DNA of 63,788 nucleotides, the filler included, from Myxococcota bacterium (GTDB lineage Bacteria > Myxococcota > Myxococcia > Myxococcales > Myxococcaceae), in the NCBI GenBank assembly GCA_049322255.1. It is 3 parts of 3 records of this genome, joined end to end, with 100 filler letters (N's around TTAATTAATTAA, not from the genome) between each part and the next. Parts side by side here need not be neighbours in the genome. Positions count along the whole stretch, not along the records: positions 1 to 23,354 come from JBMORE010000063.1; 2 more parts are not named here. The stretch is one strand, 5' to 3'. Under the pieces are notes generated by a model. That model did no database searches. It saw only the letters and a program-made list of their open reading frames with translations, and was not told where the DNA came from. The translations under genes and the position numbers were made by a program. Numbering within the stretch: position 1 is the first letter of the stretch; every line of letters starts with the position of its first letter. This document shows positions 1-11,849 of this stretch, in pieces.

Positions 1-2
1 GG

Positions 3-113
3 TGCGCGACCCACGGCACCTATCTCGCGGCCAAACAGCTCGTCCGGCTGCTCCACAAGCCGAAGTACCGTTACTTCGACTGGCTCTCTCGCCCGCTGCC
101 AATCCCAAACTGA
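3..113 (+). CDS. C-terminal end of a CDS entering from the left edge (partial)
   Basis: Frame 3 reads CATHGTYLAAKQLVRLLHKPKYRYFDWLSRPLPIPN* with GC-rich third positions; TGA at 111-113. Confidence 0.45.
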   Translation, partial: CATHGTYLAAKQLVRLLHKPKYRYFDWLSRPLPIPN

Positions 114-162
114 TCTACGGTCAGGACGACGCCCAATTCGACGCTAAGGCCTCTACGTTAGG

Positions 163-549
163 ATGGCGCTCCAGATGGACGACGACCTCACTACGCCACC
201 GGAGCGGTCGATTCGCCGCCGCTGCGACGTGAACGCGCGCCTGGAGGTCGACGGCCGAAGCCACCGCGTGCGGGTGCTCGATCTCTCCGAGACCGGGGCG
301 TTCATCGAAACCTCCGGCGACTTCGACTTCGGCGCCGTGGCCAAGCTCCACCTTCCCCTCCCCGGCGGCGAGGAGTGGACGGCCGAGGTCGAGCTGGTGC
401 GGCCGGGCGCCAGCCAGCGCGAGGTTTGCCATGGGCGGGTGGAGATCATCACCGTGCTCCGGCGGGGAGTGGGGGTGAGCTTCCTCCACGTGCCTGCCGC
501 GGAGCACGGCCGCCTCACCAGCTTCCTGACGCTGCTGGATGAACGCTAG
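163..549 (+). CDS. PilZ domain protein
   Basis: RxxxR (RSIRR) and DxSxxG (DLSETG) motifs; C-terminal GVGVSF. Confidence 0.85.
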   Translation: MALQMDDDLTTPPERSIRRRCDVNARLEVDGRSHRVRVLDLSETGAFIETSGDFDFGAVAKLHLPLPGGEEWTAEVELVRPGASQREVCHGRVEIITVLRRGVGVSFLHVPAAEHGRLTSFLTLLDER

Positions 550-573
550 CCGCCTTGTTATGAAACGCTGGCC

Positions 574-807
574 ATGCCCAGCGCCGTGACCGTCAAGACC
601 CCCAAGGACTTCGCCCAAGCCATCGGCCCTCACCTTTCGCACGAGGTCTACCGCTGCGACAAACCGTACGACCGCCTGATGGGAAAGGGCTGCAAGACCT
701 GCGGGGTGGAGCACTACATCTCGATCGCCGATTTCCGTGAGCACGGCGACCTCGAGGTCTTCGAGGCCGAGCTGAAGCCCTTCGGCGGCGGGAAGAAAAA
801 GAAGTAG
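574..807 (+). CDS. Small hypothetical protein with CxxC (possible metal ribbon)
   Basis: ATG start, strong codon bias, GCKTCGVEH motif, Lys-rich tail. Confidence 0.65.
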   Translation: MPSAVTVKTPKDFAQAIGPHLSHEVYRCDKPYDRLMGKGCKTCGVEHYISIADFREHGDLEVFEAELKPFGGGKKKK

Positions 808-813
808 GCGCCC

Positions 814-1479
814 TCAAAGCTTGCGGTTCTCGAAGTCGTAAATCTTCTCCACCGCGATCTGTCGGTAGCGGTCGGCCTTGAGCGACCTCTTCGCGCACTC
901 GTAGACCAGCTCGCGCGAGGGCCGGTCGGGCTCTTTCTTCTTGCGCCGCTTCATTTCCTTGAGAATCGCCTTGAACGCTCCCTTGGGATGGCAGCAGAAC
1001 GCGGCAGAAAAGACGTAGGTGCCCCCGAAGGGAATGAGCCGCGCCTCGATCAAATCGCCTTTCTCCAGCCCGGCGAGTTGGCGACGCTCGGAGACGTCGT
1101 AATCCTTGCCGCTGAACAGCTCCCGTAGGCGCACCAGACCCTTGCCCAGCTTTCGCACCTCGAAGAGCGCGTGCACCGTCTCGGTGAAGGCACGAAAGGC
1201 GGCGGCGCGCTCGGGCGGCCCCTCTCGCACCGCGGCGGCGTAGAACTCCTGCGCTGGCGTCTTGTCGGTCGCAGGGTTTGGCCTGTCGAAGAGGTACCAG
1301 TCGAGAAATGAGGCCATGCGCATCTCGAACTGCTTGTCGTCTTCGAAAACCTCTCCGGTGAGGCGCTGGTACTCCGCGCGGGAGTCGACCAGTGCGGCCT
1401 TCTTGTCGTCGGTGCTGGCGTGGGCGGTGAGCTCGTCGAGGAAAGGCTGGTACGAGCTGGGGTCGGCGGCGTCGCTCAA
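814..1479 (-). CDS. Hypothetical protein
   Basis: 221-aa ORF with host-like codon usage, directly downstream of carA on the same strand. Confidence 0.75.
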   Translation of the reverse strand: MSDAADPSSYQPFLDELTAHASTDDKKAALVDSRAEYQRLTGEVFEDDKQFEMRMASFLDWYLFDRPNPATDKTPAQEFYAAAVREGPPERAAAFRAFTETVHALFEVRKLGKGLVRLRELFSGKDYDVSERRQLAGLEKGDLIEARLIPFGGTYVFSAAFCCHPKGAFKAILKEMKRRKKKEPDRPSRELVYECAKRSLKADRYRQIAVEKIYDFENRKL

Positions 1480-1491
1480 GGCTCGCCCATC

Positions 1492-2604
1492 CTACCCTGC
1501 CATCAGCTTGGCGAAGCGCTCGAAGAGATAGCGGGCGTCGTGGGGGCCAGGTGAGGCCTCGGGGTGGTACTGAACGCTGAAGGCCCTGGCGTTGGGCACC
1601 TCGAGCCCCTCCACCGTCTTGTCATTCAGGTTGAGGTGGCTGACGCGCGCCTTCCCCGCAAGGCTCGCCTCGTCCACCGCGAAGCCGTGGTTCTGTGAGG
1701 TGATTTCCACCTTGCCGGTGGAGAGGTCCTTCACCGGCTGGTTGGCGCCCCGGTGGCCGAACTTCATCTTGTAGGTCCTGCCTCCCAACGCCAGCGCGAG
1801 AATCTGGTGCCCTAGACAAATGCCGAACACCGGCAACTTGCCCAACAGCTCTGCCACCGTCTTGTCCGCGCCCTTCACCGCCGCAGGGTCACCCGGGCCG
1901 TTGGTGAGAAAGACTCCGTGTGGCTTTCTCGCCAGGACCTCCCGGGCGGGAAAGCCCGCGGGCACCACCGTCACCTTGCACCCGACGTCCACCAGGAACT
2001 GAAGCATCGCGCGCTTGAGGCCGAAGTCGTACGCCACCACGTCGTAGACCAGCCTGGGCGCGCTCGGTGGAGCATGGCCAATCGGGTCGGGCGTCGCCTC
2101 CGTCCACTCGTAGGGCGCGCGGGTGGAGATGCCGGTGGCGAGGTCCTGACCCTCCATGCCCGGAGCACGTTTGGCCCGCTCGACCAGCGAGGCAGCACGC
2201 ACATTCTCGCTGGAGATGACGCCCGTCTGCGAGCCATGGGTGCGCAGGTGGCGCACCAGCTTGCGCGTGTCGAGACCTTCGATGCCCGCCACCCCGTGGC
2301 GCTTCAGGTACCCGTCGAGGGACTCCTTCGCTCGCCAGCTCGAGGGCGCGTTGAGCGCGTGCACCACCATTCCCACCGGGTGCGGCCGGCCCGACTCCTC
2401 GTCGTCGGGGTTGGCACCCACGTTGCCCATCTCGGGGTAGGCCATGGTGACGATCTGCCCCACGTAGGAAGGGTCGGTGAGAATCTCCTGATAGCCGAAC
2501 ATCGAAGTGTTGAAGACGACTTCGCCCACCACCTCGTCAGCGGCACCGAACGACCGCCCTTCGAAGACCGTTCCGTCCGCCAGTGCCAGAATCGCCCGCT
2601 TCAT
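1492..2604 (-). CDS. carA: Carbamoyl-phosphate synthase small subunit
   Basis: [50 protein letters not shown] overlaps the pyrC stop (ATGA). Confidence 0.97.
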   Translation of the reverse strand: MKRAILALADGTVFEGRSFGAADEVVGEVVFNTSMFGYQEILTDPSYVGQIVTMAYPEMGNVGANPDDEESGRPHPVGMVVHALNAPSSWRAKESLDGYLKRHGVAGIEGLDTRKLVRHLRTHGSQTGVISSENVRAASLVERAKRAPGMEGQDLATGISTRAPYEWTEATPDPIGHAPPSAPRLVYDVVAYDFGLKRAMLQFLVDVGCKVTVVPAGFPAREVLARKPHGVFLTNGPGDPAAVKGADKTVAELLGKLPVFGICLGHQILALALGGRTYKMKFGHRGANQPVKDLSTGKVEITSQNHGFAVDEASLAGKARVSHLNLNDKTVEGLEVPNARAFSVQYHPEASPGPHDARYLFERFAKLMAG

Positions 2605-3896
2605 CGCTTCACCTGTCCCGCTTCGTACACCACCCGCCCTCCGACGAGGGTGTGGGTCACCCTGCCGGTCACCGCGCGGCCGTGGAAGGGCGTGTTCCGG
2701 CCCTTGGAGTGGAACTGCGCCGCGTCCACCTTCCACTCCGCCTCCGGGTCGACCACGGTGACGTCGGCAGGGGCCCCGGCGCCCAGGTGTCCGCCCGGCA
2801 GCCCGAAGGCATCGGCGGGCCCACAAGAAAGCAGCGCCACCGCACGGGTGAGGGTGAGAACGCCGGCCTTGACCAGCTCGAGGGTGAGCGGCAGCGCGGT
2901 CTCCAGGCCCACCACTCCGTTGAACGCCCGGTCGAATTCGACTTCCTTGTCGAGCGGGCCGTGCGGGGCGTGGTCGGTGGCGATGGCGTCGATGGTGCCG
3001 TCGGCCAGGCCCTCCCGTACCGCGGCCACGTCACGTTCCTGGCGCAAGGGTGGGTTCATCTTCGCGTGGGTGTCGTAGCCCTCGAGCGCGGCGTCGGTGA
3101 GCGTGAAGTGATGGGGAGTGGCTTCGCAGGTGACTTTGACTCCGCGGCGCTTGGCCTCGCGCACCCAGCGCACGCTCGCCTCGGCCGACACGTGCGCGAC
3201 GTGGAGCCTGCCTTGGGTTTCCTCGGCGAGCACCACGTCTCGCGCCACCATCGCAGCTTCCGCCGACGTTGGAATGGGAGATAGGCCGAGGCGTGTCGCG
3301 CGCGGGCCTTCGGTCATCATCCCCTTCCCCGAGAGCGTCAAATCCTCGGCGTGAACCATGACCGGAACTTTCAGGGGCCGGGCGTACTGCAGCGCGCGCC
3401 GCATCAGACCAGCGTTCATCACCGGGCGGCCGTCGTCGGTGACGCATACGCAGCCGGCGGCGACCAGCTCGGCCATCTCGGAGAGCTCTTCGCCCAAAAG
3501 CCCCTTGGAGATTGCGCCCGCGGGGAAGACGCGGCACAGGTTCGCCTCGGCGGCGCGCGCGAGCACCAGACGGGTAACCAGCGGGCTGTCGTTGGGCGGC
3601 CGGGTGTTGGGCATCGCCACCACCGAGGTGAATCCTCCCGCCACCGCCGCCCGGCAGCCGGTGAGAATCGTTTCTTTGCGCTCCTCACCGGGTTCGCGCA
3701 GGTGCACGTGCAGGTCGACGAGCCCGGGCAGCACCCACTTTCCGGAGGCGTCGATGACGTGGGCGCCCGAGGTTTCCAGCGGGCGCTCACTCAAGTCGGC
3801 GACGCGCCCGTCGCGCAAGAGCACGTCGCGCACCCCGTCGACGTGGTTTCGTGGGTCGATGACTCGTCCACCGCGTAAGAGCACCCCGCCGCTCAT
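2601..3896 (-). CDS. pyrC: Dihydroorotase
   Basis: [28 protein letters not shown] motifs. Confidence 0.96.
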   Translation of the reverse strand: MSGGVLLRGGRVIDPRNHVDGVRDVLLRDGRVADLSERPLETSGAHVIDASGKWVLPGLVDLHVHLREPGEERKETILTGCRAAVAGGFTSVVAMPNTRPPNDSPLVTRLVLARAAEANLCRVFPAGAISKGLLGEELSEMAELVAAGCVCVTDDGRPVMNAGLMRRALQYARPLKVPVMVHAEDLTLSGKGMMTEGPRATRLGLSPIPTSAEAAMVARDVVLAEETQGRLHVAHVSAEASVRWVREAKRRGVKVTCEATPHHFTLTDAALEGYDTHAKMNPPLRQERDVAAVREGLADGTIDAIATDHAPHGPLDKEVEFDRAFNGVVGLETALPLTLELVKAGVLTLTRAVALLSCGPADAFGLPGGHLGAGAPADVTVVDPEAEWKVDAAQFHSKGRNTPFHGRAVTGRVTHTLVGGRVVYEAGQVKR

Positions 3897-4798
3897 GCGC
3901 ACGCCTCCAAGATGGCCATGCGCACCGCTACCCCGTTCTCCACCTGCTGGAGAATGACCGAGCGCGGTCCGTCAGCGACCTCGGGAGAAAGCTCGACGCC
4001 GCGGTTGATCGGCCCCGGATGAAGCACCAGCGCACCCTCCTTGAGCCGCACAGCCCGAGCCTCGTCGAGCCCGTACAGGCGGGCGTATTCCCGCGGGCTG
4101 GGGACGAGCGATTCGCTCTGCCGTTCGAGCTGGAGGCGCAAGAGCATCACCGCGTCGGCACCTTCGAGCGCGGCCTGGAGGTCGGTGGTCACCCGGCAGC
4201 CGAGCTCTTCGATGCCCGCGGGCAAGAGCGTGGGCGGCCCACACACCACCACCTGGGCGCCCAGCGCGCTCAAGCAGTGCAGGTTGGAGCGTGCCACCCG
4301 GCTGTGCTGAATGTCGCCCACGATGGCGACCGTCCTGCCGTCGAGCGAACCCAGACGTTCGCGCAAGGTGAACGCGTCGAGCAGCGCCTGAGAGGGGTGC
4401 TCGTGGGCGCCGTCCCCTGCGTTGACGATGGCCGCGCGGGTGTGACGGGCAAGGAAGGCCGGCGTTCCCGACGACTGGTGGCGGATGACGATGGCCGAGG
4501 GCCCCATGGCGTCGATGTTCCGCACCGTATCGAGCAGCGTCTCCCCCTTGGAGACCGAGGTGCCCTTGGTGGTCCAGTTGAGCACCTCGGCGCCCAGTGC
4601 CTTGGCGGCGATCTCGAAGGAGCTCCGGGTGCGGGTGGAGTCCTCGAAGAACATGTTGGCCACCACCCGGCCGGCCAGGGGCTCTTTCCTCTTCGGGCTG
4701 GCCAAAGACTTCTTGTGCTCGGTGGCGCGGTCGAGCAACGCCTCGATGCGGGCGCGCCCCATGCCCTCGATGCCCAAGAGATGGCGGGGGGCGCTCAA
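3893..4798 (-). CDS. pyrB: Aspartate carbamoyltransferase catalytic subunit
   Basis: FFEDSTRTRSSF, HPSQALLD, HPGPINRG motifs; TTG start. Confidence 0.97.
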   Translation of the reverse strand: MSAPRHLLGIEGMGRARIEALLDRATEHKKSLASPKRKEPLAGRVVANMFFEDSTRTRSSFEIAAKALGAEVLNWTTKGTSVSKGETLLDTVRNIDAMGPSAIVIRHQSSGTPAFLARHTRAAIVNAGDGAHEHPSQALLDAFTLRERLGSLDGRTVAIVGDIQHSRVARSNLHCLSALGAQVVVCGPPTLLPAGIEELGCRVTTDLQAALEGADAVMLLRLQLERQSESLVPSPREYARLYGLDEARAVRLKEGALVLHPGPINRGVELSPEVADGPRSVILQQVENGVAVRMAILEACA

Positions 4799-5241
4799 GG
4801 AGGAATCGGCCCTTCCTTCATCGGGGAAAAACGCACCTGGCGAATGCGATCGGTCGGCTTGAGCACCACCTCGCGCTGGTAGTCGACGCGAATCAGAATC
4901 GTGCGGCGCACCTCGTCACGTTGCACGGTGATTTGCTCGTCCTTGATTCCCAGCCCCCCCACCACGCGCTGGTTGCCGTAGCCGTCGTCCTCGACGTGCT
5001 CTCCCACCGCCGCTGCGTTCACCCGGCTCTTGATGAGACCCACCAGGGCGCGGTCGTCCATTCGGCCCGCTTGGTTGTAGGCGGCGGCGATCGCCTCTTT
5101 GACGTCCAGGTTGTCGAGGTAGACCGGCGAGAAAACGACCAACGCGTAGATGCCGCCGACGACGCCGGCGATCAACAGGAGGGAGACGAGGTTAACCTTC
5201 CCGGTCGGTCGCACGGGGCCCTCCGATACATGGGGCCCCAA
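4795..5241 (-). CDS. Single-TM protein, DUF4845-like
   Basis: N-terminal hydrophobic helix after G (pilin-like); position downstream of lepA-lepB; alternative GTG start at 5214 with a GGAGG SD. Confidence 0.6.
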   Translation of the reverse strand: MGPHVSEGPVRPTGKVNLVSLLLIAGVVGGIYALVVFSPVYLDNLDVKEAIAAAYNQAGRMDDRALVGLIKSRVNAAAVGEHVEDDGYGNQRVVGGLGIKDEQITVQRDEVRRTILIRVDYQREVVLKPTDRIRQVRFSPMKEGPIPP

Positions 5242-5247
5242 GGCGCG

Positions 5248-6549
5248 TCAAGGCTTGGCGGACGGTGTGGCGGACGGTGGCGGGGTTTCGCCGCCACACA
5301 GCCGCACCGGCTGGAAGAGGCGCTCGGTGCGTAGCCCGGTACCCCCGAAGAGGCTCGCACCCACACCGTGGTAGCCGAGCGCGAGCCAGATGACCATCGC
5401 CTTGCCTTTGATGTGGCCGTAGGGCACGTATTGCACCCCCAGGTTGACCCGGCCCAAGCCGTAGCGGCTGTCCATGCTGTTGTCGCGGTTGTCGCCGAGG
5501 ACGAAGACGTGTCCTTGCGGCACCTCGAAAGGGCCCTCCTCCCCCATGGGACGGCCGCGGTCCCGCAAGAGCAGGTGCGGAGCGCCGCCCAAGGTCTCCT
5601 GCACCAACGTCGCCTCTTTGAGGTACCAGCGGGTGCTGGCGACGTCTTGGTCGGCAAAGACGTAGTCGCTGGTAAGTACTTTTTGCCCGGTGGGCCGGCC
5701 GTTGACGTACACCACCTTGTCGCGAAGCTCGATGACGTCGCCCGGCACCCCCACCACCCGTTTGACGTAGTCCTTGTCCGGCTCCACCGGGTTGTTGAAG
5801 ACGATGACGTCGCCACGCTCCGGTTCGCGCACCAGCACGAAGGGCACCTTGTTCACCCACGGAATGCGCACGCCGTAGATGAACTTGTTGACGAAAATCT
5901 GATCGCCAATCTCCAGGGTGGGAATCATCGATCCGGAGGGGATTTTGAATGGCTCGATGACCACCGCGCGAATGAGCAGCGCGATCGCCAGCGCCTTGAT
6001 GAAGCCGGCCACGAACTCCACCGTCGAGCCTTTGCGCCACGCGGCCAGGTGCTTGTCGGCGAGGGCGGTCAGCCGGTCGAGCTTTTCGGAGAGCAGCGCC
6101 TCGTCCCCCGCCGGTGCAGCAGCGTCGAGATCGGCGACGGCCTGCACGAGCTGCTCGTAGGCCTTGCGGTCGATGCGATCGCGCCGTTTGTCGGCCACCT
6201 CGCATACCTCGCTGCGCAGCTCGGCGGCGTGGTGGCGCAGCTTGCGCAGCGCGGCAAACCGCCTCCATCCCAACCGCGCCGCGAGCAAGCCGACGAAGGC
6301 GGCGAGCATCAAAAGTCCAAAGCCCTTGAGCACCGGTTGCAGCCACAGGTAGCTGCACGTGGCCAGCTCGACGGGAAAGAGATAGAGGGCGAAAGCGATG
6401 CCGAAGATCGTCACCGGCGCCCACAGGCTGGTGAGCCGATCGACCCACCGCTGCGTCCGGCAACGTTTGCGTAGGTCCTCCCCCAGGCGGGCCGCCACCT
6501 CGTCGCCAAAACGCAACCTGGGCTTGGGAGCCACATCCGCCGCGTCCAC
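5248..6549 (-). CDS. lepB: Signal peptidase I with extended N-terminal TM/coiled region
   Basis: EPFKIPSGSMIPTL, DYVKRVVGVPGD, FVLGDNRDNSMDSRY; GTG at 6549 abuts the lepA stop. Confidence 0.93.
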   Translation of the reverse strand: MDAADVAPKPRLRFGDEVAARLGEDLRKRCRTQRWVDRLTSLWAPVTIFGIAFALYLFPVELATCSYLWLQPVLKGFGLLMLAAFVGLLAARLGWRRFAALRKLRHHAAELRSEVCEVADKRRDRIDRKAYEQLVQAVADLDAAAPAGDEALLSEKLDRLTALADKHLAAWRKGSTVEFVAGFIKALAIALLIRAVVIEPFKIPSGSMIPTLEIGDQIFVNKFIYGVRIPWVNKVPFVLVREPERGDVIVFNNPVEPDKDYVKRVVGVPGDVIELRDKVVYVNGRPTGQKVLTSDYVFADQDVASTRWYLKEATLVQETLGGAPHLLLRDRGRPMGEEGPFEVPQGHVFVLGDNRDNSMDSRYGLGRVNLGVQYVPYGHIKGKAMVIWLALGYHGVGASLFGGTGLRTERLFQPVRLCGGETPPPSATPSAKP

Positions 6550-8360
6550 TAGCCCTCCGTCTTCAGGACGGCGAGGAATGCTTCTTGGGGAATCTCCACC
6601 GAGCCCACCTGCTTCATGCGCTTCTTCCCCTCCTTTTGCTTCTCGAGGAGCTTGCGCTTCCGGCTGATGTCGCCACCGTAGCACTTGGCGAGCACGTTCT
6701 TGCGCATCGCCGAGATGGTCTCGCGCGAAATCACCCGCGAGCCGATCGCCGCCTGAATGGCGACCTCGTACATCTGCCGGGGAATGACTTCCTTGAGCTT
6801 GGCGCACACCTCGCGCCCGCGCTGGTAGGCGCGCTCGCGGTGGACAATCACCGACAACGCGTCGACGGGCTCGCCGTTGATCAAGATGTCGAGCTTGACC
6901 AGATCGCTCGTCACGTAGCCGCCCAGCTCGTAATCGAGGGAGGCGTACCCGCGCGACACGCTCTTGAGCTTGTCGAAGAAGTCGAACACCACCTCGGCCA
7001 GCGGCATTTCGTAGGTCACCTGCACCCGCTTGCCCGACGAGCCTAAGTACTTGATGTCCTTCTGCACCCCGCGGCGGTCCTGGCACAGCTTGAGCACCGC
7101 CCCCAAGTGTTCGTGGGGCACGTGGATGTGGCAGACGAGCATCGGCTCCTCGAGGTGCTCGATGCTCTGCGCGGCGGGCAGCTTGGCGGGGTTGTCGATG
7201 AACAGCTCTTCGCCGGCATGGGTGAGAATCTTGTAGACCACTGACGGCGCGGTGGTGATGAGCGAGAGGTTGTACTCCCGCTCCAGGCGCTCCTGGACGA
7301 TCTCCATGTGGAGCAGCCCCAGGTAACCGCAGCGAAAGCCGAACCCCAGCGCGGTGGAGACCTCGGGCTCGTAGGTGAACGCCGAATCGTTGAGACGCAA
7401 CTTCACCAGCGCGTCGCGCAAATTTTCATAGTCGGCCGAGTCGATGGGAAACACGCCCGAGAACACCATCGGCTTCACTTCTTTGAAACCGGGGAAGGGC
7501 GCATCGGTGGGCCGCGCCTCCTCGGTGACGGTGTCGCCCACTTTGGCGTCGGCCAGCTCTTTGACGTTGGCGACCAGCACTCCCACTTCACCGGCGATGA
7601 GCCGCGGCACCGGACGGGAGAAAGGGCTGAAGACGCCCAGCTCCTGCACCTCGAACTTCTTCTTGTTGCTCCACAGGAGAATCTTCTGTCGAAGCGACAG
7701 CGTGCCCTCGAGCACGCGCACCAGCATCACCACCCCGCGATAGTTGTCGTACCAGGAGTCGAACACCAATGCCTTGAGCGGGGCCGCGGGGTCTGCCTTG
7801 GGCGGCGGCACGCTCTTCACCACCGCCTCGAGGATGTCGACGATGCCCAGGCCCTCCTTCGCCGACGCCGGCACCGCGGTTTTCCCGTCGAGGCCAATCA
7901 CATCTTCGATCTCGGCGCGGGTGCGCTCGACGTCGGCCGAGGGCAGGTCGATCTTGTTGATGACCGGAATGATTTCGAGGTCGTGGTCCAACGCCATGTA
8001 GACGTTGGCGAGGGTTTGTGCCTCGACTCCTTGGGTGGCGTCGACCACCAGGAGCGCACCCTCGCAGGCGGCCAGGGAGCGGCTGACCTCGTAAGCGAAG
8101 TCGACGTGCCCCGGGGTGTCGATGAGGTTGAGCACGTACTTTCGCCCATCCTTGGCGGTGTAATTCATCCGCACCGACTGGGCCTTGATGGTGATGCCCC
8201 GCTCGCGCTCCAGCTCCATGTTGTCGAGGAACTGCGCTTGCTTCTCTCGCTCGCTCACCGTGCCGGTGACTTCGAGCAGCCGGTCTGCCAGCGTCGACTT
8301 GCCGTGATCGATGTGCGCGATGATGCAGAAGTTACGAATGTGGGCGTTCTCGGCCGGCAT
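6549..8360 (-). CDS. lepA: Translation elongation factor 4
   Basis: [53 protein letters not shown]. Confidence 0.99.
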   Translation of the reverse strand: MPAENAHIRNFCIIAHIDHGKSTLADRLLEVTGTVSEREKQAQFLDNMELERERGITIKAQSVRMNYTAKDGRKYVLNLIDTPGHVDFAYEVSRSLAACEGALLVVDATQGVEAQTLANVYMALDHDLEIIPVINKIDLPSADVERTRAEIEDVIGLDGKTAVPASAKEGLGIVDILEAVVKSVPPPKADPAAPLKALVFDSWYDNYRGVVMLVRVLEGTLSLRQKILLWSNKKKFEVQELGVFSPFSRPVPRLIAGEVGVLVANVKELADAKVGDTVTEEARPTDAPFPGFKEVKPMVFSGVFPIDSADYENLRDALVKLRLNDSAFTYEPEVSTALGFGFRCGYLGLLHMEIVQERLEREYNLSLITTAPSVVYKILTHAGEELFIDNPAKLPAAQSIEHLEEPMLVCHIHVPHEHLGAVLKLCQDRRGVQKDIKYLGSSGKRVQVTYEMPLAEVVFDFFDKLKSVSRGYASLDYELGGYVTSDLVKLDILINGEPVDALSVIVHRERAYQRGREVCAKLKEVIPRQMYEVAIQAAIGSRVISRETISAMRKNVLAKCYGGDISRKRKLLEKQKEGKKRMKQVGSVEIPQEAFLAVLKTEG

Positions 8361-8455
8361 GGTCAGGGGGCGGGGTAGCTAACATGGGCGACCGCCCAAG
8401 CCCAAAGAAACAAGCAGGAGCTTCCCGGTGCTTCCGGGCGGGCTACAGTGAGCCC

Positions 8456-8989
8456 ATGAACCGAACGACGCTGCTGCCGCTGCTTCTATTGCTCGCCTCG
8501 CCTGCGCTGGCCCATGCGCCCGCTCCCTCGGCACCATCCAAGCCCGAAGCGTCCGCCCCTTCGGCACCGTCGAGGCCGGAAGTGCCTGCTCCTACCCCGG
8601 AGGAGCTGAAGAAAGTCATTCGCTACTACTTCTCCGGGAAAGACCAGGGGCCGATCCTCGTCGACTTCAAGGCGTGCACCAAGGTGGACACCGGCAAAGA
8701 CAGCCCGACCAAGAGCGAATGCCTCGAGACCATTTCGGGGCCGGTCAAGAAGGGCACCAACGTGCATGCGTGGACGATGTGGCTCGTGCCCGAGGGCGGC
8801 TCGTACGACGACCTCTCGATTCAGTTCATCCACGAGGGCCAGGTGCGCACCACCACCGACATTCCGCTCACCGCCTCGCTGCGCAGCCGCACCTATCGCG
8901 CGACCACGGTCACCAAGACAGGCAAATGGGAGGTCAAAGTGCTGCGGGGCGGCAAGGAGTTGGCCCGCATTCCGATGATCGTGCAGTAG
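8456..8989 (+). CDS. Secreted protein, DUF2914-like Ig fold
   Basis: Signal peptide [19 protein letters not shown], Pro-rich linker, C-terminal RTY...GKWEVKV. Confidence 0.65.
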   Translation: MNRTTLLPLLLLLASPALAHAPAPSAPSKPEASAPSAPSRPEVPAPTPEELKKVIRYYFSGKDQGPILVDFKACTKVDTGKDSPTKSECLETISGPVKKGTNVHAWTMWLVPEGGSYDDLSIQFIHEGQVRTTTDIPLTASLRSRTYRATTVTKTGKWEVKVLRGGKELARIPMIVQ

Positions 8990-9020
8990 CGCTTCCCGAC
9001 GCAGAAATTTCGAACCCCCG

Positions 9021-9959
9021 TCAGGAGGCGCGCGAAAGGCGTGCCTGCTCGCGGAAGTACTCCACCGTCTTCGCCACGCCTTCCTCCAGGGTGACGGTAG
9101 GCGACCAGCCGAGAACCCTGGAGGCCTGCGAAGCGTCGATGCACGAGCGCAGCTGCTCCCCGGGTTTCGTCGGTCCGTGCTCCGCCTGGCTGTTGGAGCC
9201 GGCGGCGTCGGCGAGCAGCCTGTAGAGAGCGTTGATGTCCGTCTCCACACCGGTACCAATGTTCACCGCCCCCACGAAGTCCCGTTCGAAGGCGAGGTAG
9301 TTGGCGCGGGCGACGTCGGTGCAGAAGACAAAGTCGCGCGTTTGCTTTCCATCGCCATTGATGTGGCATATTTTACCACCGATAATGCGCTGACAGAAAA
9401 TGGCCACCACCCCTGCCTCGCCATGCGGGTTCTGCCGCGGGCCGTAGACGTTGGCATAGCGCAAGGCGACGTACGGCAGCCCGTACTGCACACGGAAGTA
9501 GTTGAGGTACAGCTCTCCCGCGGCCTTGGAGACGCCATAGGGCGACACGGGACGGGTGGGATGCGACTCGGGCGCGGGGAACACATCCTGCTCGCCGTAG
9601 ATGGCGCCGCCGGTGGAGCTGAAGATGAGCTTTTTCAACCCCGCCTTGCGGCCGGCCTCGAGCAGGTTGAGCAGGCCGACCAAGTTGATGTCGGCGTCGA
9701 GGCGTGGATCGTCGACCGATCGGCGCACGTCCATCTGCGCGGCGAGGTGACAGATGACGTCGGGCCGCTCGCGCTCCACGAGCAAGGCCGCCTCCGGATC
9801 GCGGATGTCCGCCACCACCAACCGCACCCGCGCATCGAGGTTGGCCTTGCGGCCGGTAGAGAGGTCGTCGAGGGCGATCACCTCGTGCCCTTTCCCGACG
9901 AACACATCGCAGACGTGCGAACCGATGAAACCGGCCCCGCCAGTGACGAGGACTTTCAC
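9021..9959 (-). CDS. NAD-dependent epimerase (UDP-glucose 4-epimerase-like)
   Basis: [39 protein letters not shown]. Confidence 0.92.
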   Translation of the reverse strand: MKVLVTGGAGFIGSHVCDVFVGKGHEVIALDDLSTGRKANLDARVRLVVADIRDPEAALLVERERPDVICHLAAQMDVRRSVDDPRLDADINLVGLLNLLEAGRKAGLKKLIFSSTGGAIYGEQDVFPAPESHPTRPVSPYGVSKAAGELYLNYFRVQYGLPYVALRYANVYGPRQNPHGEAGVVAIFCQRIIGGKICHINGDGKQTRDFVFCTDVARANYLAFERDFVGAVNIGTGVETDINALYRLLADAAGSNSQAEHGPTKPGEQLRSCIDASQASRVLGWSPTVTLEEGVAKTVEYFREQARLSRAS

Positions 9960-9991
9960 TTGCGCGCTCCTTGGCAAGACATGGCGCAAAG

Positions 9992-10963
<972 letters not shown>

Positions 10964-10979
10964 GGCGGGGCGCTATAAC

Positions 10980-11159
10980 CTAGAGCTCGTCGAAAGTCGC
11001 CTGGCCCGGCAGCTGCGCCTTGTACTTGTCGAGCACCAGGTCGATCCCCTGGCGAATGTACTCGGCCACCGGCACTTTGGTCTTGGCGTTGAGCAGCTTG
11101 AGCAACTCGTTCTGCTCCGGGGTAATGTAGATGGTGGTGCTGATCTTCTTGCGCGCCAT
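10980..11159 (-). CDS. Small ribbon-helix-helix DNA-binding protein (59 aa, not in ORF track)
   Basis: MARKKISTTIYITPEQNELLKLLNAKTKVPVAEYIRQGIDLVLDKYKAQLPGQATFDEL*: beta-ribbon followed by two helices; clean codon usage. Confidence 0.85.
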   Translation of the reverse strand: MARKKISTTIYITPEQNELLKLLNAKTKVPVAEYIRQGIDLVLDKYKAQLPGQATFDEL

Positions 11160-11197
11160 GACCGTATGTGACCGTATAGCGACGTATGTGGACGGTC
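11160..11197. promoter_or_regulatory. 10-bp-phased direct repeats, candidate operator in a divergent promoter
   Basis: ACCGTATGTG/ACCGTATAGC/GACGTATGTG, plus a GACCGT...ACGGTC inverted pair. Confidence 0.4.
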
Positions 11198-11224
11198 AAA
11201 AAACCTCTTCTTCTGGCCCAACCC

Positions 11225-11845
11225 ATGAGCTCTCCGGTTCGACTCGCCGCCTTTGCCGCTCTGTTCGCCCTCGCCGCGTGCTCCGGAGGAAAGAATGCCA
11301 CCCGCCCTGACGGCCAAAGCGGCGACGAGGCAGGCAATCCACAGGGGCAGAACATCAACCAGACCCGCACGGAGGAAGAGAAGGTCATCGAGTTCGACTT
11401 GAATCACGACGAGAAGCCCGACGTTTGGTCCTTCACCGTCGAGGCCAAGACCGACGACGGCAAGGAGTACGACAAGCTCGTCCGCAAGGAGTTGGACATC
11501 AACTGGGACGGCAAGGTCGACATCAGCCGCGCTTACAACGACAAGGAGCAAATCGAGCGTGAGGCGATGGACCTCGACTTCGACGGCAAGATCGATCAGG
11601 TCAACTTCTACGAAAAGGGCGTGCTGATTCGCAAAGAGCGCGACCTCGACCCCAAGCCCGGCCCCGATCTGTGGATTTTCTACGAGAAAGGGAAGATCGT
11701 CCGCAAAGAGCGAGACTCCAACGGCGACGGGACGATCGACTACTGGGAGTACTGGGAGAACGATCAGGTCGACCGCGTCGGAGAAGACCTCGACGGTGAC
11801 GGTCAGGTCGACAAGTGGACCAAGAACCCCAACTCAGGCGCATGA
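11225..11845 (+). CDS. Lipoprotein with repeated Dx[DN]xDG Ca-binding-like motifs
   Basis: Lipobox LAAC; six D-x-D/N-x-D-G-x-x-D-type repeats. Confidence 0.8.
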   Translation: MSSPVRLAAFAALFALAACSGGKNATRPDGQSGDEAGNPQGQNINQTRTEEEKVIEFDLNHDEKPDVWSFTVEAKTDDGKEYDKLVRKELDINWDGKVDISRAYNDKEQIEREAMDLDFDGKIDQVNFYEKGVLIRKERDLDPKPGPDLWIFYEKGKIVRKERDSNGDGTIDYWEYWENDQVDRVGEDLDGDGQVDKWTKNPNSGA

Positions 11846-11849
11846 CGCC

